From: a virus
Length of the DNA stretch: 64,000 bases
IMG/VR virus record: IMGVR_UViG_3300031951_000028
Reading direction: 5' to 3' (one strand)
Part shown: piece by piece, positions 8,883-17,364 of the stretch
Layout of the letters: every line of letters starts with the position of its first letter
How positions within the stretch are numbered: position 1 is the first letter of the stretch
Translations under genes and position numbers: made by a program
The notes under the pieces: model-generated
The model's database searches: none
What the model was told of the DNA's origin: nothing
What the model saw: the letters and a program-made list of their open reading frames with translations, nothing else

Positions 8883-9986
8883 ATGAAATTCCCAAAACTA
8901 TACAAAAAGACAGCGACAGGTGCGACCCAAACTTGGGAAATAGAGGTTCTAGATAATAAATTTAGAACCTACAGCGGCCAAGTAGATGGTATTATTACTA
9001 TCTCTGAATGGACTTATTGCGCTGGTAAGAATATTGGTAAGAAAAATGAAACTTCTCCAGACCAACAGGCTTATAAAGAAGCAGAAGCCAAATGGACAAA
9101 AAAACAAGAAAGGGAAACTTATGTTAAAAATATTGATGACGTAGATACATTAATTTATCATAAGCCAATGTTAGCCCATATTTACAATGATTATAAAGAC
9201 AGATTGAATTTTAAAGACGGAGTCTGGACTAATATTAAATATAATGGTGTCAGATGTATAGCAACTAAAAATGGGTTGTTTTCTAGAAAAGGAAAAGAAA
9301 TTAAAAGTTGTCCGCATATCAACCAAGCTTTAAAAGCAATTTTTGAAGAGCATCCAAATCTCATTTTAGATGGCGAATTATTTAATGATGATTTAAAGCA
9401 AAATCTTGGAGAACTAATATCCTTAGTAGCGAAGAAAGAGCCTGACCCAAAAGCAAAGGATATTGTTCAGTATTGGATTTATGATATTATTGATATTTCA
9501 AAAAACTATAATGAAAGATATTCATTCATAAAAAAATCAATAAAAGAAAATAAAATTATAAAAAAGTGCCCAAGAACTCAAGTTTCCGACTATATTAGTA
9601 TAGACCAACATTTGGCCGAGGCTGAAAAAAATGGCCAAGAAGGAATTATGGTCCGCACCAACGGTGTATATCAATGCAAGAGATCAAAACATCTTCTAAA
9701 ATATAAAAGTTTTTTTGATGAAGAATTCAAAATTATTGATATAGAAGAAGGTAAAGGTAACTTAGCTGGAATGGCTGGTACTATTATCCTTCTAGCTAAG
9801 AATGGCGAACCTTTTGGTGCGTCACCCACCGGATCTCATGAGTCTTGGTCATCAATGTGGGCAAATAGGCAAAGCTTAATAGGTAAAATGGCTACTGTTA
9901 AATACAAGGAGCTAACTCCTGTAACTAAACGGGGTGGCGGAGTGCCAAGTTTTGCCAAAGTAATATCTATAAGAGACTATGAATAA
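8883..9986 (+). CDS. ATP-dependent DNA ligase
   Basis: PMLA, KYNGVRC (motif I), LDGEL, YDI, EGIMVR, LLKYK, C-terminal OB domain. Confidence 0.92.
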   Translation: MKFPKLYKKTATGATQTWEIEVLDNKFRTYSGQVDGIITISEWTYCAGKNIGKKNETSPDQQAYKEAEAKWTKKQERETYVKNIDDVDTLIYHKPMLAHIYNDYKDRLNFKDGVWTNIKYNGVRCIATKNGLFSRKGKEIKSCPHINQALKAIFEEHPNLILDGELFNDDLKQNLGELISLVAKKEPDPKAKDIVQYWIYDIIDISKNYNERYSFIKKSIKENKIIKKCPRTQVSDYISIDQHLAEAEKNGQEGIMVRTNGVYQCKRSKHLLKYKSFFDEEFKIIDIEEGKGNLAGMAGTIILLAKNGEPFGASPTGSHESWSSMWANRQSLIGKMATVKYKELTPVTKRGGGVPSFAKVISIRDYE

Positions 9987-10671
9987 TAAACGACAAACGA
10001 AAAAAAGCAAGCGTGTCGATGAAGCTCAAGAAAATAAAGTTGAATTAATTAAATACATTAAACCAAAAACAAGGGGTCAATATAATTACTATAAAGCTAT
10101 AGAAAATAATAGAATTGTTCTTGTAAGTGGTCCAGCAGGTACTGGAAAAACAAGCCTATCATGTTATTATGCAGCTAAGTCTTTAATAGCAAATAAGTAT
10201 AGAAAAGTAATAATCACTAGACCAGCTATTGAAGCGTGTAATGAAAATTTTGGTTTCTTAAAAGGCGATATTGATTCGAAAATTTATCCATATTTAATAC
10301 CAATTTACGAAGAATTAGAAAAGTACGTAGATAAACAAGTAGTGCAAAGGTGGAAAGCAGATAAAACAATTGAGATTGCTCCACTTGCTTTCATGAGAGG
10401 AAGAAATTTAGAATCTTGTTTTATCATTGCTGATGAATGTCAAAATATGAGTATGGAGCAATTTAAAATGATTCTAACAAGAATGCACGATGATAGTAAA
10501 ATAGTTCTATGCGGTGACTTTGAACAATCGGATTTAAAAAATAAAGGAAATGATTTCAGAACAGCTTGTGAAAGATTAGATGGTATGGAAAGTGCCGCCT
10601 ATATTAATCTAACAGACGACGATATTGTTAGAAGCAGGTTTATATCTGAAATCTTAGACAGATTAAGATAA
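9979..10671 (+). CDS. phoH: PhoH-family ATPase
   Basis: GPAGTGKT, ITRP, APLAFMRGR, DECQN, LTR, GD..QSDL, DIVRS. Confidence 0.95.
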   Translation: MNNKRQTKKSKRVDEAQENKVELIKYIKPKTRGQYNYYKAIENNRIVLVSGPAGTGKTSLSCYYAAKSLIANKYRKVIITRPAIEACNENFGFLKGDIDSKIYPYLIPIYEELEKYVDKQVVQRWKADKTIEIAPLAFMRGRNLESCFIIADECQNMSMEQFKMILTRMHDDSKIVLCGDFEQSDLKNKGNDFRTACERLDGMESAAYINLTDDDIVRSRFISEILDRLR

Positions 10672-10919
10672 TGCCTATATATTTATACAAGTGTGAGCAG
10701 TGTGATGATTCTTTTGATATTATCGCACCTATGAAAGACGCATCAGTCAAGCGCAAGTGCCCTAAGTGTAAAAGTTGTAAAACTTATAGAGATTATGCTG
10801 GAGAAAAACATCATAATTTCATTCCTCATACACTAGGGCACTTGGCTGATGTAAATGCATCAAAACTATCACAAGAAGCAAAAGATTTTAAATCAGGACA
10901 GAATAGGAAAAATGATTAA
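10671..10919 (+). CDS. FmdB-family Zn-ribbon protein
   Basis: MPIYLYKCEQC...CPKC. Confidence 0.8.
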   Translation: MPIYLYKCEQCDDSFDIIAPMKDASVKRKCPKCKSCKTYRDYAGEKHHNFIPHTLGHLADVNASKLSQEAKDFKSGQNRKND

Positions 10920-11214
10920 CACTTTTTATTTTACAACAGGTAAAGAAAAATTAACAGATAATGAAAAGGTGGCATTGGCTTGTAAAGAAGTTTCGCCACA
11001 AGAAATAAGATATTATCTAAGAATTTCTATAAGAGATCATACATTGTTATCTTATGATACTATGCCGGATTTTAGAGAGAACAATATTAATTTAAATCTT
11101 ATTACAAAATGGAAGAAAGTCAGCGAAAAAGCTTTTACTCATTATATTAATTATCTGTCGAATAAACATCAACAGAATTATAGATACGCGACATTAGAAT
11201 TAACTGGAGGATAA
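10912..11214 (+). CDS. Hypothetical protein
   Basis: Packed ORF; ATG 10912 after AGGA. Confidence 0.65.
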   Translation: MINTFYFTTGKEKLTDNEKVALACKEVSPQEIRYYLRISIRDHTLLSYDTMPDFRENNINLNLITKWKKVSEKAFTHYINYLSNKHQQNYRYATLELTGG

Positions 11215-11215
11215 T

Positions 11216-11698
11216 ATGACAGATAAATTAGCAAGTGAGATTTTACGTAATGTGTATAAAGGTGGAACTCTGGCAGACATTCTTAATAAAATTGGAGCTT
11301 CTGAGAAAGAAGTCTTATTAGTCTTGAATAAAACTAAGATTAATTTAGATGCTTTATTAGTAAAAGATGAGCCAAAAACTAATAGTAAAGTTGAAGAATG
11401 GGATGCTCAAAGTAGAAATCTAAAAATTGAAGCGGTCCAAAAGTTGATAGAAAAGGGTTATAATGAAGTAGTGGCGGCAAATTTAGTAGAAAAGGGTTAT
11501 GAAAATTTCATTATAGATGAAAACACTAGCTCTGACATGATCGTTAATGCCGCCCTGCTTAAAGCTAGGAAAAATGATTTAATTAGTGTAAAACCAGGAA
11601 TCGCCGTTATGAATCAGGCAGCATCTCAATTAGTAGATGCCCAGAAGAAAAATATTTCAAACAAGTCAGTTAAAGATGACGGAATCTATAAAATATGA
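11216..11698 (+). CDS. Hypothetical protein
   Basis: GGAGG RBS, 160 aa. Confidence 0.7.
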   Translation: MTDKLASEILRNVYKGGTLADILNKIGASEKEVLLVLNKTKINLDALLVKDEPKTNSKVEEWDAQSRNLKIEAVQKLIEKGYNEVVAANLVEKGYENFIIDENTSSDMIVNAALLKARKNDLISVKPGIAVMNQAASQLVDAQKKNISNKSVKDDGIYKI

Positions 11699-12056
11699 TT
11701 CTAAATATTCTCCTGGTAAAAAAGTAAGTGGCCTTAAACTAATAATAGAAATAGTATGCGAAAACAAAGCTAAAAAAGATAATAAGGAACTCCCCATTCA
11801 ATTCTGGAAAATTAAAGAGTGGGAAAATTATTATAAATCGCAGCTTCGTGCTGGTTCTAAACTATGTAAAGAATTCGGTGAAAATCGAGTTCTTTCTTTT
11901 ATAAGAAAAAATACAGTGTATTCACTGCATCCTAAATGGATTAAAGAAGCTATTGCAAAAATACCAGAAGAAAAAATACAAGAATCAAAATTAAAAATAC
12001 CAGAAACAGCAAAAGTTAAAACTAAAAAAATAGATAAATTAAAAGGTTTAGAATAA
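11676..12056 (+). CDS. Hypothetical basic protein
   Basis: Packed ORF; TAATG coupling to recA. Confidence 0.65.
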   Translation: MTESIKYDSKYSPGKKVSGLKLIIEIVCENKAKKDNKELPIQFWKIKEWENYYKSQLRAGSKLCKEFGENRVLSFIRKNTVYSLHPKWIKEAIAKIPEEKIQESKLKIPETAKVKTKKIDKLKGLE

Positions 12057-13054
12057 TGGCTAAAACCAAAAATATAGAACAAGATATTTTTAAGGAATTC
12101 GGAATAGACCCGAATAAATATTTAAATGATGTTATTACGTCAGATGATTATGCTACTTTCAGCATTTCTCCTAGGATTGATGTTACTTGTGGCGGTGGTA
12201 TAAAAGAGGGTAGTTTAGTATTAGTTTCAGGACAAGAGAAGCTAGGTAAAACTACATTATGTTTAGCCGCGGCTGCTTCTGCACAGAACCAAAAAGATGG
12301 TATTCATAGAAAAGTATATTACATAGATGTTGAGAATAGAATCCAACCAAGAGATTTAAAGGCTTTTGGTTTAAAAACAGATGAAGATAGTCTGTGTGTA
12401 ATAGGTTCTGTATCTGGCAGATTATTGTCTGCTGAAGATGTTTTTAAAATCTGTGAGAAGCTTGTATCTAATGTTAGAAATGCCGTAATAATTATAGATT
12501 CTATTTCTATGCTTTGCACAAAATCAGAAATGGATTATGATTACGAAAACCAGTTCAGGCAAGACGTGCAAAAATTAACAGCTATTTTTTGCAGGAAGAT
12601 GGCCCAAGTATTAAGACCTAGTAAAAATACTATTTTTGGTATTTTACATATGCACGCCAATCAAAATGCTAATAGTCCATATGCTCCTAAAACTATCGAA
12701 CAAGGCGGCACTAAGTTAAAATATGCGGCCAACTATCAGTTTAAATTAACTCATAAAGAAGAAGTTAAGAACGGTGATGAACATATAGGTAATAAAGTAC
12801 ATTTTAAGTGCTTATATCATCCTGGAGAGGGTCCAGCGACTACAAGTTATTTTCAGCATAGATTTGGATATGGGATAGATATTGTGAAAGAAACAATAGA
12901 ATTAGCTAAAGATATTGGCGCTATTAAGAGCGCAGGAGCTTGGTTAAAATTACCAGATGGTACACAATACCAAGGTCTGGAAAACCTAACAGAAGCTTGT
13001 CGCAATAACAAAGAAGTTTTTGATTTGATTAAAACTTCTATAGAAAATATATGA
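12056..13054 (+). CDS. recA: RecA/UvsX-like recombinase
   Basis: GGGI..G, GQEKLGKTT (Walker A), YIDVE, IIIDSI, GG..LKY, YGID, KSAGAW, QG. Confidence 0.88.
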   Translation: MAKTKNIEQDIFKEFGIDPNKYLNDVITSDDYATFSISPRIDVTCGGGIKEGSLVLVSGQEKLGKTTLCLAAAASAQNQKDGIHRKVYYIDVENRIQPRDLKAFGLKTDEDSLCVIGSVSGRLLSAEDVFKICEKLVSNVRNAVIIIDSISMLCTKSEMDYDYENQFRQDVQKLTAIFCRKMAQVLRPSKNTIFGILHMHANQNANSPYAPKTIEQGGTKLKYAANYQFKLTHKEEVKNGDEHIGNKVHFKCLYHPGEGPATTSYFQHRFGYGIDIVKETIELAKDIGAIKSAGAWLKLPDGTQYQGLENLTEACRNNKEVFDLIKTSIENI

Positions 13055-13443
13055 AATTAAATCTAATAACGTTAGATGGACACAGCTTATCTCATAAAAT
13101 TGAATCTAATATATTAACTACAAGGTCTGAGCTGCATTTAAAAGCCAGAGAATTACTTCAACAAGAATTCCCTTTTGTTTCTATATTAGAAGAAGTTTAT
13201 ATGCCTGTGTTAAAAAAGAAAAAACTTCCTTTTGATTTTTTTATTCCTAAAAATAATTTAATTATAGAAGTTCATGGCGAGCAACATTTTAAATACATTC
13301 CTTTTTATCATAAAACTAAATTCGACTATTTGCGAAGTAAAGTAAGAGATAATGATAAAAAAGAATGGTGCAATTTAAATAAGTTTAGGTTAGTTGAATT
13401 TTTATGGAATGAGAATATAGAAACATGGAAAATGAAGCTATAA
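13051..13443 (+). CDS. PD-(D/E)xK / Vsr-like endonuclease
   Basis: LPFDFFIP...IIEVHGEQHF...RD..K..WC. Confidence 0.75.
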   Translation: MKLNLITLDGHSLSHKIESNILTTRSELHLKARELLQQEFPFVSILEEVYMPVLKKKKLPFDFFIPKNNLIIEVHGEQHFKYIPFYHKTKFDYLRSKVRDNDKKEWCNLNKFRLVEFLWNENIETWKMKL

Positions 13444-13886
13444 TAGAAAAAGTTACAAAACTACATAAAGATGTTGTTGGTTTTGATAAAATAGATAAGT
13501 GCAAGCAAGAAGATATAGAAACATATCTACAATATAGTGGAGAAGATTTAAAAAATCTTTCAGAAAATGAATGCGAGCTCATCTCAATCAAAATTTTACA
13601 ACACTGCTTATTCATCCAACGAAAAGTTAATTGTATTAAAGCTGCATCTGATTGGATACAGTACGAACTCAAAAAAATCATATCAAGAGACATACAAAAT
13701 ATCAAAGGTGTTAGCTGGGAAAATGCGGAACAAATAGTTATTAATAATAATCCCACTGCATTAATGATGCAAGAAAAAATACAAAATTATAAAATAATGC
13801 TTAACACTTCATATAATATAGTTAACTTGTTAGATAATTTTTCTAAAAGAATAGATAGTATAAAATTTAGTAAAAAAGGAAGATAG
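13425..13886 (+). CDS. Hypothetical helical protein (possible recombination mediator)
   Basis: Packed ORF near recA; function inferred from position only. Confidence 0.55.
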   Translation: MENEAIIEKVTKLHKDVVGFDKIDKCKQEDIETYLQYSGEDLKNLSENECELISIKILQHCLFIQRKVNCIKAASDWIQYELKKIISRDIQNIKGVSWENAEQIVINNNPTALMMQEKIQNYKIMLNTSYNIVNLLDNFSKRIDSIKFSKKGR

Positions 13887-13887
13887 C

Positions 13888-14262
13888 ATGATTAGAATGA
13901 CAGAATCTATGCTTAATAAATTAAGTAAAAAAGAATTAATACAGTTAATTCTAGATGCTCAAGAAGTAAAGGAAAAGGTTTATCCTCCTAATAAGGTTAT
14001 AATTAATGAGCCTACTCAAATAATTAAACCTACACAGACTAAGCATGGTTCACAAGTATTAGCTCAAATTGATTATGATGATGTCCCTGTCGAAGTCGAG
14101 TGGAAAGAAGGCGCAAAACCTATTCCACGACGACCTTCTGATGAAACAACGTATATTTGTCGTAGATGTACGACGAAGTTTAAAGCTAAAGCCGGACTGT
14201 TTGCTAAAGATAGAAATGAACCCATATGTAATAGGTGTATGAATGGAAGTGCTGGCGGATAG
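13888..14262 (+). CDS. Hypothetical protein with C-terminal Zn finger
   Basis: CRRC...CNRC. Confidence 0.65.
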   Translation: MIRMTESMLNKLSKKELIQLILDAQEVKEKVYPPNKVIINEPTQIIKPTQTKHGSQVLAQIDYDDVPVEVEWKEGAKPIPRRPSDETTYICRRCTTKFKAKAGLFAKDRNEPICNRCMNGSAGG

Positions 14263-15607
14263 TAATAGTGAACATTCCATAATTGGATGTTTAATTAAAA
14301 ATGGTCCAGATGCATTTTTTGATTCTGCAGATATGCTGTCAATTAATACTTTTACAGACATCACAAATTCATCTCTGTTTAAAATTATAAAAACTAGTTA
14401 TGAAACTGATGTTAAAGTATTAGATGCCCCATTAATTTTGTCTTTAGCTAAACAAGAGAAATTAGATACTTTTATTAAAATAAAAGATATTAAAGATAAG
14501 ATTAATACAGCTTGTGAATTATCTAGTTTACAATCTCTAGTGGCAAAAATTAGAAAGCTAGAAATAGCTAGAATTTTACATGATGAGCTTGAGAATAGAA
14601 GAAAAACAATAGAAGGTATTACTGGTGGCGAATCTATCAATAATATTTTAGCAAATATAGAATTTAATCTTGACTCATTATTTAATAATGTTAAACAAAC
14701 TAAAAAGATGGGAGATGGGTTAAAAGCTAGGCTTAAAGAATTAGCTGACAATCCAGTAACGCAAGTCGGTTTATCTACTGGATATCCAATTTATGATGCA
14801 GCTATTGGCGGCGGATTAAGAGGAGGTTCAGTTAATGTTGTGGGCGCCAGAATAAAAGTAGGTAAAAGCCATTTCTTAAATAATATAGCATTAAATACTT
14901 CGAAGAATAATATTAAAGTTCTTTATTTAGATACAGAGATGAAAACTGAAGAACAGGAAAATAGATGTGTATCTAATTTAGCTGAAGTTGATATTAACTT
15001 AATTGAAACTGGTGTTTTTGGTGAAAAAGAGGCGACCGCTGCAAAAATATATGGGGCTGCTGATAAATTAACAGAATTGCCTTATGAGCATATTAATGTT
15101 TCTGGTATGCCTTTTGAAGAGCAAATATCTATAATGTCTAGATGGTTAAGAAAAAACCAAGTAGTAAAAGATGGTAAAGTAGCAGAATGTATCATTATTT
15201 ATGATTATTTAAAATTAACTAGTTCAGACGGTATTAACTCCAATCTAGCAGAATATCAATTGCTGGGTTTTATGATTACTACTCTGCATAATTTATCTGT
15301 CAGATATGATATTCCTATTATGACGGCAGTTCAATTAAATAGAGATGGTATAGATAAAGAAAGTACTGGTGTCGCAGCTGGTTCTGATAGGATTCTTTGG
15401 TTGTGCTCTAATTTTTCTATATTTAAATTTAAATCTCCAGAAGAATTAGCATTAGACCCAATAGAAAATGGGAATAGAAAATTAGTTATTATGGCTGCGC
15501 GACACGGACCTGGCCTAAGTGAATTTGATTATATCAATTTCTTATTAGATACATATAAATGCAAATTAATGGAAGGAAAGCTCAGGTCTCAGAATGTTAA
15601 AAAATAA
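14243..15607 (+). CDS. dnaB: Replicative DNA helicase
   Basis: GLSTGY, GARIKVGKS, LDTEM, YDYLKL, AVQLNR, ARHGP. Confidence 0.93.
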   Translation: MEVLADSNSEHSIIGCLIKNGPDAFFDSADMLSINTFTDITNSSLFKIIKTSYETDVKVLDAPLILSLAKQEKLDTFIKIKDIKDKINTACELSSLQSLVAKIRKLEIARILHDELENRRKTIEGITGGESINNILANIEFNLDSLFNNVKQTKKMGDGLKARLKELADNPVTQVGLSTGYPIYDAAIGGGLRGGSVNVVGARIKVGKSHFLNNIALNTSKNNIKVLYLDTEMKTEEQENRCVSNLAEVDINLIETGVFGEKEATAAKIYGAADKLTELPYEHINVSGMPFEEQISIMSRWLRKNQVVKDGKVAECIIIYDYLKLTSSDGINSNLAEYQLLGFMITTLHNLSVRYDIPIMTAVQLNRDGIDKESTGVAAGSDRILWLCSNFSIFKFKSPEELALDPIENGNRKLVIMAARHGPGLSEFDYINFLLDTYKCKLMEGKLRSQNVKK

Positions 15608-16613
15608 AGATTATATACCAAACATTATTGAGTTTTTTGGGCTAGATTTAAGATTATATGGAAATAAAATGATAGGGTGTTGTCCAGTCCATAAAGGTGA
15701 CAATAAAACAGCTTTTAATTTATGGCCGCGTTCTGGATTTTGGGTTTGTAGATCTCATAATTGCCATGAAGTTTTTGATAAAACTTTTGATGGCTTTTTA
15801 AAAGGGTTGTATGCAGCGAACTATAAAAATTGGGATGGAGGGGCAAGTATAGATATTTCTGATAAAGAAATAGATACTTTTTATAATCAAATTATTAAAG
15901 GAAATGCTCCAACACCAATATCTATACAACCAACTATTATCAAAAAAACAAAACAATTCAAACCATTAACAGTAGATTATTTTTTACGCAATCTTATATA
16001 TCCATGCCCTTTCTTTTCTAAAAAATTCTCTGAAAAAATTATAAGAGATTTTAAAATTGGATATTGTAATAATCCCAGATACCCAATGTTTGGGAGGAGC
16101 GTGGTCCCGATTATTGAAATGAATAAAGTAATCGGATATCAGGGGCGTTCTGTATTTGAACAGTGTAAAAAATGTTCTGGCTATCATCACCCAAATTCGA
16201 TGTGCGGAGAATTTTTTGAAGGAAAATGGAAATTTAATCCAGGTTTTCATTCAAATAATCATCTTTTTAACTATACTAATGTAGCGGTCGTCCAACCTAA
16301 AACGATCTTTCTTACCGAAAGCGTTGGTAATGTTTTTAGATTAATAGAATTTGGCATACCAAATGCGCTTGCAACTTTTGGGGCAAGATTCTCTCCTTAC
16401 CAAGAAGATAAGGTTAGAATATTACAACCAGAACGTATAGTTTATATAAAAGATAAAGGTCCTGCTGGTGATAAAATCAGCGATTTAATTAAAAAAATAA
16501 CATGGGCAGAAGTAATTATCCCAGAATTAGAATATGAAGATGATGTAGCGGCAGTGACAAAAGAATATTTTCAGGATAAGTTGTTAAAAGATTTGATGGA
16601 ATTAAATATATAA
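15594..16613 (+). CDS. DNA primase (CHC2 Zn finger + Toprim)
   Basis: CPVH...C...C at the N-terminus, GRSVVPI, GYQGR, LTES, ALATFG; directly follows dnaB. Confidence 0.85.
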   Translation: MLKNKDYIPNIIEFFGLDLRLYGNKMIGCCPVHKGDNKTAFNLWPRSGFWVCRSHNCHEVFDKTFDGFLKGLYAANYKNWDGGASIDISDKEIDTFYNQIIKGNAPTPISIQPTIIKKTKQFKPLTVDYFLRNLIYPCPFFSKKFSEKIIRDFKIGYCNNPRYPMFGRSVVPIIEMNKVIGYQGRSVFEQCKKCSGYHHPNSMCGEFFEGKWKFNPGFHSNNHLFNYTNVAVVQPKTIFLTESVGNVFRLIEFGIPNALATFGARFSPYQEDKVRILQPERIVYIKDKGPAGDKISDLIKKITWAEVIIPELEYEDDVAAVTKEYFQDKLLKDLMELNI

Positions 16614-16614
16614 T

Positions 16615-17364
16615 ATGATTATAGCATTCTCTGGAAGAAAAACCGCAGGAAAAAATACATGCGGTAATTATGTTCTAGGCACTATTTTATGGATGTCTGG
16701 AGTAGTAAAAAATACTTATAAGATAAGTGATAAAGGTGATTTATTAATATCTGATATTTTTGGCGACACGTCAAAAAATGGAGTATTTGATTTAAAATTA
16801 GAATCCCCGTCTTTCCAAGATTTTTTAAATAAGGAAGTCTATCCAATAGTTAAAGTATATAGCTTTGCTGATCCATTAAAGGAGATGTGTAGAGATATAT
16901 TTGGATTAGACCCTCATTTATTGTGGGGCAGTAATGAACAAAAAAATACCTCAACTAATTTAAAATGGGAAGACGTGCCAACTAAAACTTCTAAAAAAGG
17001 CTATATGTCTGTTAGAGAAGTATTAGAATACGTTGGTACTGATTTATTTAGAACAATGTATCAAAACGTGTGGTGCGATGCTTTAATAAGAAAAATTAAA
17101 AATGACAATAGTATGTTCGCAATTATTACTGATGCGCGTTTTGAAAATGAATTTGAGGCCATCCAAAATAATGGTGGAAAAGTAATAAAATTGACCAGAG
17201 GAATAGCTGGTGAGAAAAACGATGTAGATAAATATGAAAATTATGACTATATAATCGATAATAAAAATTTAACAATACCACAACAAAATTTAGAAATAGA
17301 TAAGATTCTTCAAGAAATTAGATTGCATAACTTATTTGGAATAAAGCAAAATGTATATAACTAG
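16615..17364 (+). CDS. Deoxynucleoside monophosphate kinase
   Basis: GRKTAGKNT, SFADPLK, REVLEYVGTD, ITDARFENE. Confidence 0.88.
   Translation: MIIAFSGRKTAGKNTCGNYVLGTILWMSGVVKNTYKISDKGDLLISDIFGDTSKNGVFDLKLESPSFQDFLNKEVYPIVKVYSFADPLKEMCRDIFGLDPHLLWGSNEQKNTSTNLKWEDVPTKTSKKGYMSVREVLEYVGTDLFRTMYQNVWCDALIRKIKNDNSMFAIITDARFENEFEAIQNNGGKVIKLTRGIAGEKNDVDKYENYDYIIDNKNLTIPQQNLEIDKILQEIRLHNLFGIKQNVYN

Noticed and set aside
11440-11505. Short direct repeat TAGAAAAGGGTTAT
   Set aside because: Two coding copies (EKGY) only; no evidence of function.
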